Positions 42,911 to 55,975 of a stretch of 64,000 nt of DNA are shown piece after piece. The stretch's first letter is position 1. Each line of letters begins with the position of its first letter. Below the pieces are notes generated by a model, which had not been told where the DNA came from, ran no database searches, and was given only the letters and a program-made list of their open reading frames with translations. Origin of the DNA: Octopus vulgaris. Its lineage: Eukaryota. The stretch covers positions 70,742,001-70,806,000 of the forward strand of contig OX597819.1 in NCBI GenBank assembly GCA_951406725.2. The letters run 5' to 3'. Made by a program: the position numbers and the translations under genes.

Positions 42911-43919
42911 TCTAAGTTTCGACAATGTGGATCTCATCTCTTTCTTCTTCTTCTTCTTCTTCTTCTTCTTCTTCTTCTTCTTCTTCTTCTTCTTCTTCTT
43001 CTTTCCATTTAGAAATTCCGAAAGAGCTTAAGCAACAAACTGTGTTTAGCTCTAATATGTATACATGTATATATAAAAATATTTGAAGAGGAATAACCCT
43101 TTATATCAATTAGGACTAAATGATAATGTTTCTTAACGCGGATTATAAAGGATTAACCCCTTTGCTTGCTCGGCCAAAGAGTACTGTTAGCTACCCACTA
43201 ATATCTTTTTCCTTAATTAATATATTTAATCTTGCTGTGATTATTTCTGGTGCTGAAAACACGAGAAATAAGACCCTGCACACACTCACACGCACACTTT
43301 TTTTTTTTGTATTATTATATACGATCATATTTTTGCTTTAAAGAGAAGGGGTTTTCTGTTCATTTAAATAGATTGTATTTTTAGATACGATGCATTTTCA
43401 TCGTAGAATCGTAATCGCGCAGGGAAAATTGTTCAGCAGCATTCCTTTCGACTTTACGTTGAGTTCAAATTCCGCCGAGGATGACTCTGCCTTTCATCTT
43501 TTCGGGGTCGATAAAATAAAGTACCAGTAAAACGCTGGGGTCGGTGTAAACGACTTATTCCGCCTCCAAAATTGCCGGCCTTGTGTCAATATTTGAAATC
43601 AATAATAATTCATTCTAGTTTTGATAAAAGATCAACAATTTTGAGGGGTGGGGTAAGGCGATACCATCAACCCAAGTGTTTTATCTTATCGATCCCAAAA
43701 GAATAAAAGGCAAAGAGGACTTCGGAGAGATTTGAACACATAAAATAAAGAGCTGGAAGGAATCATATTGTTCGACGCACTGACATTTTCAAATTTCAGC
43801 TGTTATCGTCTACGCTATAAACAATACAAGCCATTGGCTTCTTCGGGTTGTTGTATCTCTATATGTGTGTGTAATGAATTGTGGGAAGACTTTTTGCATG
43901 GTAAGGTTCAGGAAAAATA

Positions 43920-44207
43920 ACTGTGGTCACCTTACACTGTAGGGTTAATAGCAGAACTTGAGGTGGTTCAGCGATACTACACGAGGAAGATTGCATCAAT
44001 GGAACAGCTGAGCAACTGGGAGAGACTGAAAGAGCTACGACTCTGCTCCCTGGAGTGAAGACGGGAAAGGTACCAGTGATATACGTATGGAAGATACTGG
44101 AGGGGCTGGTACCAAACTTTGGAATTGAGAGTTATACCAAACCTCGAATTGGACATCATTGCACAGTTCCAAAAGTCCCAGCTCTCTCATCTAAGATGAG
44201 GACCATG
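43920..44207 (+). mobile_element. CR1-like LINE fragment, same family as 4520-5076
   Basis: LWSPYTVGLIAELEVVQRYYTRKI..WERLKELRL..YVWKILEGLVPNFGI. Confidence 0.8.
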
Positions 44208-44486
44208 TACATTTTTTATCCATGGACCCCTTTAATCCCTATATAACTCTAGTGGAGACCCTCGTAGCCATTAAAACACAAAGCCTATTATATGTTTAAA
44301 ATCAAATGTTATTAGGAATTGTATTTTAAAAAATTGTGGCTGTGTGGTAAGAAGCTTGCTTCCCAACCACATGGCTCCGGGTTCAGTCGCACTACGCGTC
44401 AACTTGGGCAAGTGTTTTCTACTATAGCCTCGGGCTGACCAAAGCCCTGTGAGTGGATTTGGCAGACGAAAACTGAAAGAAGCTCG

Positions 44487-44547
<61 letters not shown>

Positions 44548-45416
44548 GTCATCCCATAAGTTCTGTACGATTTTAACTTTTTTTAAAATTGAATGAAATT
44601 TAATAGTATTTTAGAATGTCTAATGGAATTAAAAATTATTTTTATGCATTTCTGTACATTTTAACAAATTAAATATTATTTTACAGAATAATAGAATATA
44701 TATATAAGAGAGAGACGTATTGGTATCCAGAAGACTCTCTTTATGAATGTCCTGAAAATTCCACACAGCTTTGGCTTTGTTGTCTCATTTTATTTAGCAC
44801 ACACACACACTCACACACACACACAAATAAATATACGACGGGCTTCTTTCAGTTTCCGTCTACCAAATCCACTCACACAGCTTTGGTTGGCCTGAGACTA
44901 TAGCAGAAGACACTTGCCCATGGTGCCACACAGTAGGACTGAACCTGGAACCATGCGGTTGGGAAGAAAGCTTCTTACTACATAGCCACACCTGCGCCTG
45001 TGTTACGGGGAAATTTTCTTGTCACACCGCTTAAAAGTATAAAAAAACATCTATTTTTGGCTGTATTACGGATCTGCAAACCAATGTCTGTTTTATTGCG
45101 TCATCCAATAATGCTAAAAAGTAGGTCTTTGATGGCTGCAATTTTTGCTAAAGTTATTAAACCATCGAAAATCATTATGTTTTTGTCTGAGTAAAATTGA
45201 TTCTGTTAATTAAAAGCCAATTTTATAAATCTGACTCTGGGTCACTGTTGACTGCAGAGAATTTACACGGCGCTTACAGGAAATCATTAACCCGTTCTCC
45301 CTTTTTTTATTAAAAACATTTTGTTTTTTGAAATTGAAGTCCATGAATTTTAACTTATCAAAAAAAATGTGTATGTGTGTGTGTATGAGTGTGTGTGATT
45401 GTGTGTGTGTGTGTAG

Positions 45417-45920
<504 letters not shown>

Positions 45921-46560
45921 TAATTTATTATATAGAAGGAGCTTCTACAGGACTAGAATTGTTTCATTCAAGAGAAATCATCAGGAATTTTACTCTGCTA
46001 TGTATTGAGTACCTTATTTACTGTGGTTAACCCCGAATCAACCCGGGACCTACATATATATATATACATATATATATATATCTATATATAAACCTTTGTA
46101 TATATAATTTTTGTCGAGTAAGTCTCTTGTTTCTCAAATTTTCACCTGTGGGTGCACAGGGTGTTCTGGCAAGTTACGATTCTTCCGACCGTCAACATTA
46201 AAGAAGTACATACATACATACAGACATACATATACATATATTGGTACAGGACGTCACCAACAGTATACAACATGAAATACGAAAACAAATGAGTTCAATA
46301 CGCAAACGACGAGAGAAACAAATGGAAAACAGGACAAGTAACACAAAGAACGACCCTTCATCAGTTGTCTGCTGTCTATCTACTCCTCATTTCGAGCATT
46401 GAACGACAATATGAGTCTTCGAAGACAGTCTCTCTCATGAGTACCAAGTCGTTGTTTGTGTTACTTGTCCTGTTTTCAATTTGTTTCTCTCGTTGTTTGA
46501 GTATTGAACTCATCTGTTTTCGTATTTCATGTTGTTTACTGTTGGTGACGTCCTGTACCC

Positions 46561-46623
<63 letters not shown>

Positions 46624-46901
46624 TTAATAAGGGTGAGAGAATTAGACACTAATTTAATAGTATATTTATTCAACACCAAGTGGCCTAGTGCTACGAGAAA
46701 CCTGGATTATTATAATATTTTATAACATATTATAATATTTTTACAAAATAAATATAAGAGAGTGGTCACTATATTGCTCACTCTAGCACCAGTTAATCCA
46801 AAAGGTTTCAACCACGAAAATACATGTTTCCCATGAAAGTCAGTACGACTGTTAGCTCACACGGACAGGGCAAATAAAAAATAACAAAAATACAGATTAT
46901 T

Positions 46902-46978
46902 TTGGGACAATTGTTTCGCTATTAATGAATTAAATGTAATATTACTTACAAAAAATCCATTTGTAGCTCGTCAGCCAA
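46902..46978 (-). ncRNA. Type I hammerhead ribozyme (array copy 1)
   Basis: Reverse complement of the 48954-49030 motif: ttgggacaattgtttcgcta...tagctcgtcagccaa. Confidence 0.88.
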
Positions 46979-47435
46979 GACTATCTGGATGAAATCCACT
47001 CAATCACACGCCAGATATTACCATAACGATAAATACGCGTGTGATTCAATTGATTACATCCGACGTTATAATTCAAATGCCCCAAACAACAGCGCGCCAA
47101 ACTTTCACGGAAAACAAATACAGCATTTAGAAATAAATGCAGCATAATTATAATTAATTAATAAGGGTGAGAGAATTAGATACTAATTTAATAGTATATT
47201 TATTCAACACCAAGTGGCCTAGTGCTACGAGAAACCTGGATTATTATAATATTTTATAACATATTATAATATTTTTACAAAATAAATATAAGAGAGTGGT
47301 CACTATATTGCTCACTCTAGCACCAGTTAATCCAAAAGGTTTCAACCACGAAAATACATGTTTCCCATGAAAGTCAGTACGACTGTTAGCTCACACGGAC
47401 AGGGCAAATAAAAAATAACAAAAATACAGATTATT

Positions 47436-47512
47436 TTGGGACAATTGTTTCGCTATTAATGAATTAAATGTAATATTACTTACAAAAAATCCATTTGTAG
47501 CTCGTCAGCCAA
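47436..47512 (-). ncRNA. Type I hammerhead ribozyme (array copy 2)
   Basis: Same motif, +534. Confidence 0.88.
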
Positions 47513-47969
47513 GACTATCTGGATGAAATCCACTCAATCACACGCCAGATATTACCATAACGATAAATACGCGTGTGATTCAATTGATTACATCCGACGT
47601 TATAATTCAAATGCCCCAACCAACAGCGCGCCAAACTTTCACGGAAAACAAATACAGCATTTAGAAATAAATGCAGCATAATTATAATTAATTAATAAGG
47701 GTGAGAGAATTAGATACTAATTTAATAGTATATTTATTCAACACCAAGTGGCCTAGTGCTACGAGAAACCTGGATTATTATAATATTTTATAACATATTA
47801 TAATATTTTTACAAAATAAATATAAGAGAGTGGTCACTATATTGCTCACTCTAGCACCAGTTAATCCAAAAGGTTTCAACCACGAAAATACATGTTTCCC
47901 ATGAAAGTCAGTACGACTGTTAGCTCACACGGACAGGGCAAATAAAAAATAACAAAAATACAGATTATT

Positions 47970-48046
47970 TTGGGACAATTGTTTCGCTATTAATGAATTA
48001 AATGTAATATTACTTACAAAAAATCCATTTGTAGCTCGTCAGCCAA
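47970..48046 (-). ncRNA. Type I hammerhead ribozyme (array copy 3)
   Basis: Same motif, +1068. Confidence 0.88.
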
Positions 48047-48503
48047 GACTATCTGGATGAAATCCACTCAATCACACGCCAGATATTACCATAACGATAA
48101 ATACGCGTGTGGTTCAATTGATTACATCCGACGTTATAATTCAAATGCCCCAACCAACAGCGCGCCAAACTTTCACGGAAAACAAATACAGCATTTAGAA
48201 ATAAATGCAGCATAATTATAATTAATTAATAAGGGTGAGAGAATTAGATACTAATTTAATAGTATATTTATTCAACACCAAGTGGCCTAGTGCTACGAGA
48301 AACCTGGATTATTATAATATTTTATAACATATTATAATATTTTTACAAAATAAATATAAGAGAGTGGTCACTATATTGCTCACTCTAGCACCAGTTAATC
48401 CAAAAGGTTTCAACCACGAAAATACATGTTTCCCATGAAAGTCAGTACGACTGTTAGCTCACACGGACAGGGCAAATAAAAAATAACAAAAATACAGATT
48501 ATT

Positions 48504-48580
48504 TTGGGACAATTGTTTCGCTATTAATGAATTAAATGTAATATTACTTACAAAAAATCCATTTGTAGCTCGTCAGCCAA
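48504..48580 (-). ncRNA. Type I hammerhead ribozyme (array copy 4)
   Basis: Same motif, +1602. Confidence 0.88.
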
Positions 48581-48953
48581 GACTATCTGGATGAAATCCA
48601 CTCAATCACACGCCAGATATTACCATAACGATAAATACGCGTGTGGTTCAATTGATTACATCCGACGTTATAATTCAAATGCCCCAACCAACAGCGCGCC
48701 AAACTTTCACGGAAAACAAATACAGCATTTAGAAATAAATGCAGCATAATTATAATTAATTAATAAGGGTGAGAGAATTAGATACTAATTTAATAGTATA
48801 TTTATTCAACACCAAGTGGCCTAGTGCTACGAGAAACCTGGATTATTATAATATTTTATAACATATTATAATATTTTTACAAAATAAATATAAGAGAGTG
48901 GTAATATCTGGTAATATCTGGCGTGTGATTGAGTGGATTTCATCCAGATAGTC

Positions 48954-49030
48954 TTGGCTGACGAGCTACAAATGGATTTTTTGTAAGTAATATTACATTT
49001 AATTCATTAATAGCGAAACAATTGTCCCAA
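48954..49030 (+). ncRNA. Type I hammerhead ribozyme (array, inverted arm copy 1); predicted cleavage after GUC at 49026
   Basis: TTGG-CTGACGA-GCTA[caaATGGATTtttTGTAAgtaataTTACAtttAATTCATtaa]TAGC-GAAA-CAATT-GTC-CCAA. Full core, stem I TTGG/CCAA, extended stem II, palindromic stem III ACAATTGT. Confidence 0.88.
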
Positions 49031-49487
49031 AATAATCTGTATTTTTGTTATTTTTTATTTGCCCTGTCCGTGTGAGCTAACAGTCGTACTGACTTTCATG
49101 GGAAACATGTATTTTCGTGGTTGAAACCTTTTGGATTAACTGGTGCTAGAGTGAGCAATATAGTGACCACTCTCTTATATTTATTTTGTAAAAATATTAT
49201 AATATGTTATAAAATATTATAATAATCCAGGTTTCTCGTAGCACTAGGCCACTTGGTGTTGAATAAATATACTATTAAATTAGTATCTAATTCTCTCACC
49301 CTTATTAATTAATTATAATTATGCTGCATTTATTTCTAAATGCTGTATTTGTTTTCCGTGAAAGTTTGGCGCGCTGTTGGTTGGGGCATTTGAATTATAA
49401 CGTCGGATGTAATCAATTGAACCACACGCGTATTTATCGTTATGGTAATATCTGGCGTGTGATTGAGTGGATTTCATCCAGATAGTC

Positions 49488-49564
49488 TTGGCTGACGAGC
49501 TACAAATGGATTTTTTGTAAGTAATATTACATTTAATTCATTAATAGCGAAACAATTGTCCCAA
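49488..49564 (+). ncRNA. Type I hammerhead ribozyme (array, inverted arm copy 2); predicted cleavage after 49560
   Basis: Same motif as 48954-49030, 534 nt downstream. Confidence 0.88.
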
Positions 49565-49782
49565 AATAATCTGTATTTTTGTTATTTTTTATTTGCCCTG
49601 TCCGTGTGAGCTAACAGTCGTACTGACTTTCATGGGAAACATGTATTTTCGTGGTTGAAACCTTTTGGATTAACTGGTGCTAGAGTGAGCAATATAGTGA
49701 CCACTCTCTTATATTTATTTTATATATATATATATACATATTTATATTATTATTTGATTGAACGCCACGCATCCATTTCCAA

Positions 49783-49837
<55 letters not shown>

Positions 49838-49869
49838 CATATGTGTGTGTGTGTTTGTGTGGGTGTGTT

Positions 49870-49907
<38 letters not shown>

Positions 49908-50087
49908 TGTGTGTCTGTGTGTCTGTGGTTGTATGTATGTATGTCATTATTCAGTTTTATTTTAAGATTTCTTGCCAATAGAGAAAGAACCAGTTTTTAA
50001 CCTAGATCTAAGGCTCACTCATTGGAATTTCAACATCAACAACAGGGCATGTATGTATGTATGTATGTATGTATGTATGTATGTATG

Positions 50088-50118
<31 letters not shown>

Positions 50119-50151
50119 GAATGTATGTATGTATGTATGTATGTATGTATG

Positions 50152-50182
<31 letters not shown>

Positions 50183-50223
50183 GAATGTATGTATGTATGT
50201 ATGTATGTATGTATGTATGTATG

Positions 50224-50254
<31 letters not shown>

Positions 50255-51337
50255 GCATTTTCTCTCTTTCTGAATGTGGTACACATAGAGGATGCAAAAT
50301 ATTTATTGAACTCAGCAAATTTTTTCTCAAATATTCATATCGAACCTGATCTCCTTTCTGCTTTTTCATCAAAAATGAAATCCTTATGTCATAATGACAT
50401 ACCTTAGTTCCATAGATTGTCAAAGAATATCGATTTCTTCCAAGGGAAGAAAAAATGTCGACAAATTTGCAAGATCGGATATCGGCAAACTATATTGATT
50501 GCATTGCGTTTTATTTGTGGCTGTGATGATCATAGCAAAATCGATCACGGTGGGATCTGTTGATCAAATGATGATGAACACAAGTAAATAGCGCATATAA
50601 TTCAGATGAGGTCTGGCGCTCTGAAGTTTCTAGCGTCACACTACTGCTTGACTCGATAGAAATAGCAGCCAAATCTCCCTCAAATCAGAACACTTTGTTT
50701 TGATTAACTGGGATCAACGCATATTACATCATGTAATCATGCTGAAGCCGGAGAGGTGGGGCTGGAATAATCTTAATCACAGGTCGGTTCCTGGTGTGTT
50801 GACCAATATGCAACAACAATAACAACACAGTGGTACACTCTATATTAAATTTTTATGGAAATTAATAATAGTAATAATTAATATTCTGCTCAATACCACA
50901 GATTTGCTTGTCAATTGTTTGATCTTAACCAGTTGAGCATGTCCCTTAGTGACGGACGATATGTGCACCTCTGATAATGAGCAGAAGTAGTGAGAGAGCG
51001 TCATAGCCATGTGTTAAGAGGAATTCTTTGGGGCTTGGATAATTCACTTTCGGAAACATGGGTGTTTCGTTCAGCATCCTTGAAGCAAACCTTATTCAGG
51101 GACCTGTTGAACGGGATGGGCTACTCGACCTGAAGAAAATTCTAACTGGTCCCCACCTGCAAGGTCATGCGCTGTTTATCTTAATATGAGATCACCATGT
51201 CGCGCACATATGGTTGTGATGCATGTGCCTGGTGTACCCTTATCATACGGGTGGTCACGATGAGTATACTGGGCTTCGTGTGTTTGTACCCCAGTGTCAC
51301 TTTGGTGGCATGCACTGCTCTCTCACTCAAGAATAGC

Positions 51338-51407
<70 letters not shown>

Positions 51408-53477
51408 TGAGAAATTGAGAAAATGTGGCAAAATTGAGAAAATGTGGTAAAATTGAGAAAATGTGGCATAATTGAGAAAATGTGGCATTCACGTTATTCA
51501 CTGCCGGGTCATAGTGCTAGCGCATGTATATGTGTATATATCACGTGATCACGTGACCGACCAGGCCATCAGATGTTGTTACACATCGCTGGTCACAATG
51601 CGTTTGCATTGTTTTAGCCTTCGAATGACGCCACCCCGCTGGCTAAGCGAGCAGGCCAACAGAAGAAAGAGTGAGAGAAAGTGTGGTGAAAGAGTACAGC
51701 AGGGATCACTACCCCCTGCCGGAGCATCGTGGAGCTTTTTAGGAGTTTTCGCTCAATAAACACTCACAACGCCCGGTCTAGGAATCGAAACCGTGATCCT
51801 ACGACCGCGAGTCCGCTGCCCTAACCACTGGGCCATTGCGCCTCCACATATGTGTATATATATGTGTACATATTATATGTACATCTATATATATATACAT
51901 CTACACATAAAATACGAAATACAAAGTTATATCTTGATATCGCTAGTGATAACAATACTCAAAATATATAACAGACTGGAATTATAAGCCCGTCTCTTGC
52001 AATTTCGATCAATTGTATCTTGTCTTCCCTCTTGTATAGAAGTGTGGCTACAATCCAGCCTACCTCTGCTGCTGGTGGGTGGGGGGCATTTAAAATTTTT
52101 ATCCAGGACGTCCTACGTCCCAGATATAAAGGTAAAAATAAAATATTTCCACTTTGCAAGTTCGAGTCGAGTACTCCCTTGACTCGAACCTTGCTTCTAT
52201 TCTGGCGAATTTATCGCCTCTGTTTAGATATCTTTCATAGTCGCACCAAGACACTTTTCGGTGGTGCTTTCTTCCAGGTGTTCAAGTCTTGTTTTTTTTC
52301 TCTATATTGAATACTTTATAGACTTTTCTTTAATTTAATTTTTTATTATCCATCTGGACTATTCCATTTCTGCATGCTAATTTTATTTTTAATTTATTCA
52401 TGTGAAACCACTTATTCAAGTTCAAGTCATTGATGCAATTTTATACCAAGTTTTACTTTTGTTATGATACGATTATATCATACTCTAGTTTGATTTTAAT
52501 TATTACTTACTACATATAATTCATTTGTTATTATTATTTTTATTGTTAAAGTGAAAGCATCTGACATAAAATAGAGAAATGTTTTTGTTTCACTTTTAAC
52601 ACGTAATGTTGAAATAGTGGAGAAGATATGATATTGATATGGGCTCGCTCTAGGCAAGAAGTTGAACATTTTTTTTTGCCCATGAAACTACATGGACCCT
52701 AAGTAAGGCATGTGTAAAATTTGAATGAAATTGGTTGTGTAGTTCTCAAGTTTTAGGGAATCGTAGTGGAGAAGATATGGTATTGCTGTGGGCTCGCCCT
52801 AGGCAAAAAGTTAAAAAATTGTTTGCCGATGACACTCCCCGGACCCTAAGTAAGGCATGTGTAAAATTTGAATGAAATTGGTTGTGTAGTTCTCAAGTTT
52901 TGGGGAAACACACAGACAGACAGACACACATTCTCAGTTTTATATAGAGAGAGATAACGTATTTTTATCCGTTGTTACATACAATGTTATCTATAAATCT
53001 ATAGATATATTCTATAGCACTTCTATAGATATCTTCTATAGTTTCCCAGCCTATATCAATATGGCCCCAAAGGAGTTCATTGAAGTCTCAGAAAAGTCTT
53101 GGAATTAGATGGAAGCCACAGAATCGATGAAGGAGTTACACAATTACTGCTCTGCGTTTTGTTCTAAAAGTTTACATTTACTAGCCGTAACTCTTTAAAA
53201 TTAATATGATAAGGCATACACACAGACACAAACATATACATACAATGTATTTTCTATATATTAAATTTCGTAAGAAAAAAAAAGGATTCATTTAACACTT
53301 CAATAATAATTTGACATTGATAAATATAGTATTAGGTTAGCATTGAAAAATCTTGTACGAATTAAATATGTTACGGCTTTGTAGTTCACACATCCGGTAA
53401 CAATCTCTACGGGTAATTATCTGCGTCACTTCGTTGAACTTTGGGGCGGCGCTGTAATGTAATGTTTCTGTATAATA

Positions 53478-53592
53478 TGCAACTTGGAGAGGAAATCTTA
53501 ACCGCCAAAGGAGACATATTCTGTCTTTCGGATATATTTGAGAAGATAAATGTGCTGAGCAAACAGTTACAAGGTAAAAATACAAAAGTATT
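53478..53592 (+). mobile_element. hAT (Buster-like) transposase relic
   Basis: DIFCLSDIFEKINVLSKQLQGKNT resembles LAYLADIF.KLN.LN..LQG. Confidence 0.5.
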
Positions 53593-53814
53593 CGAGATGC
53601 CTTTTCCTTCCAGCCCTGAATATTATTGGGGAGAAGCTGCAAGAGAATGACTCTTAGAATAAATTGAGAAATTGCACAACACAGATACCAAACCTCTTAT
53701 CCGGTAACCTTGGGACCGGAGGTGGTCCGGATTTCTGGATTTTCCGGATTTAGTTTCCACAAGACGCCAGATTAAACAGGCGCTGCTTTAGAAATATGCT
53801 AACTTCTTTACTCT

Positions 53815-54215
53815 CTTTACTCTTTTACTTGTTTCAGTCATTTGACTGTGGCCATGCTGGAACACCACCTTTATTCGAGCAAATCGACTCCAAGACTTAT
53901 TCTTTGTAAGCCTAGTACTTATTTTATCGGTCTCTTTTTTTGCCGAACCGCTACGTTACGAAGACGTAAACACACCAGCATCGGTTGATAAGCGATGTTG
54001 GGGGGACAAACACAGACACACAAACACACACACATACATATACATATATACGACGGGCTTCTTTCAGTTTCCGTCTACCAAGTCCACTCACAAGGCTTTG
54101 GTCGGTCCGAGGCTATAGTAGAAGACACTTGCCCACGGTGCCATGCAGTGGGACTGAACCCGGAACCATGTGGTTGGTAAGCAAGCTTCTTACCACACAG
54201 TGACTCCTACGCCTG
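53815..54215 (-). mobile_element. tRNA-derived SINE family B (other copies ~18620-19002 +, 55540-55940 -, 44335-44490 +, 44835-44998 -, 56378-56545 -, 57078-57200 +, 33280-33470 -, 54700-54900 -)
   Basis: TGTGTGGTAAG..CCAACCACATGGTTCCGGGTTCAGTCCC head, CCTTGGGCAAGT, tail CAGCATGGCC.CAGTC..ATGACTGAAAC. Confidence 0.85.
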
Positions 54216-54893
54216 TCCGCACAGCCGCTCCTGCGCCTATTTACACAGCAACTCCTGGAATTTCAAAAACCATAGAACCTGATACCGAAAAGTTTTCAAA
54301 GCATCAACCACTAGTGTCTCACCGTGTCTCACCGTGAATAAATACAGTAAAAAGTTGATATATTCTATTTTAGTTTATTCTGTTTTGCTATAAGATTATA
54401 TTTTTCTGCTCAAAAACTAATCATTTGTTTTAGAAGTTATTGATTTTCTGGGTGTCAATAGAAGTATGTTTTTTTTTTATTATACGTCTCATATAAAAAA
54501 TCTAATATATGAGTCTAAATATATTGTTTTATTGAATCCACGAAATATTTCTGTTTTTATGAAATGCAACAAAAGGAAATAAATGATCAATTAAGAGACA
54601 CCGATATTTTTATGGAATTTATTACGTTAATACTAGAAAACAGATCACCTTTGAAAGAGGATTTTTTGAAATATTTATGCCTTTCTTTCATCTTTTGTCG
54701 TTTACTTGTTTCAGTTATTGGACAACGGCCATGCTTGGGTATCGCGTTGAAGAATCTTAGTCGAATGGACCGACCCCAGTACTTATTTTATAAAGCCTGT
54801 TAATCTATCGGTTTCGTTTACCGAACCGCTAAGTTAGAGTAAACATACTAACATCGGTAGTCAAGCGGTGTTTGGAAGCAAAACAGTCACAAA

Positions 54894-54976
<83 letters not shown>

Positions 54977-55941
54977 TAGCTTAAAAGCCGCTCTATCGGG
55001 CAGCTTTAGCTAGTATATTACTTTTAAACAACTGACCCTGAATGGGAAGATCTGCAAACAGATCTCTGGCTTGTTTGTTGCAATTGCTTCCTCCAGAGTC
55101 ATATCCCAATGATGATCATATTCGTCGCTAAAAGTCATGTGAAAAAGAAATCGCCGAAAACAATCGCAGTAATGAAAACATGGGAATCCAAAATTTCAGG
55201 AATGTGGTCCGGACTAGGCCCGGAATGTCCTTAATTTACTCACTGCGTCAGCCTGATTCCAAAATGGTATGATATGTTGGGCGACGGCCTCGAGGAGTAA
55301 AGTTGAAAAAGTTTGCCACTGACACACTGACACACATTTATTATAATATCATTCTTAAGGCGGCGAGCTGGCAGAGTTCGAATTCCCCCAAAATTTGAGG
55401 CCTTGTGCTTCCAGTAGAAAAGATTTATTAAAGTTGGAAAAATGTGACACACTGACACTCACATTTATTATATTAGATATGTTTAATTTTGGGGAAACTT
55501 TATTTCAGTTAAAATGTATTTTATGTGTGTATGTATATTACTCTTTTACTTGTTTCAGTCATATGACTGCGGCCATGCTGGAGCACCACCTTTAGTCGAA
55601 CAAATCAACCCCGGGACTTATTCTTTGTAAACCTAGTACTTATTCTATCGGTCTCTTTTGCCCAACCGCTAAGTTACGGGGACGTAAACACACCAGCATC
55701 GGTTGTCAAGCGATGTTGGAGGAACAAACACAGATACACAAACATATACACACACATACATATACATATGTATATATACGACGGGCTTCTTCCAGTTTCT
55801 GTCTACCAAATCCACTCACAAGGCTTCGGTCGGCCCGAGGCTATAGCAAAAGACACCTGCGCAAGATGCCACGCAGTAGAACTGAACTCGGGGGCCATGT
55901 GGTTGGTAAGCAAGCTACTTACCACACAACCACTCCTGCGG

Positions 55942-55975
<34 letters not shown>

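Larger units (their letters stand above)
46615..49721. repeat. Tandem array of 534-bp hammerhead-bearing monomers (about 4.3 copies in one orientation, then about 1.5 inverted copies); candidate retrozyme / non-autonomous Penelope-like element
   Basis: Marker GGGTGAGAG recurs at 46631, 47165, 47699, 48233 and 48767 (period 534). From ~48903 the reverse complement runs to 49721. Copies differ by only a few substitutions. Both outer ends abut (TA)n. No long ORF. Confidence 0.93.

Noticed and set aside
49085-49115. Possible second hammerhead in the monomer (CTGACTT...GAAACATGTA)
   Set aside because: The core lacks G8-A9 and no stem I pairing is available
46615-49721. CRISPR-like array interpretation
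   Set aside because: The units are wholly identical 534-mers with no variable spacers and no cas genes, in a eukaryotic context
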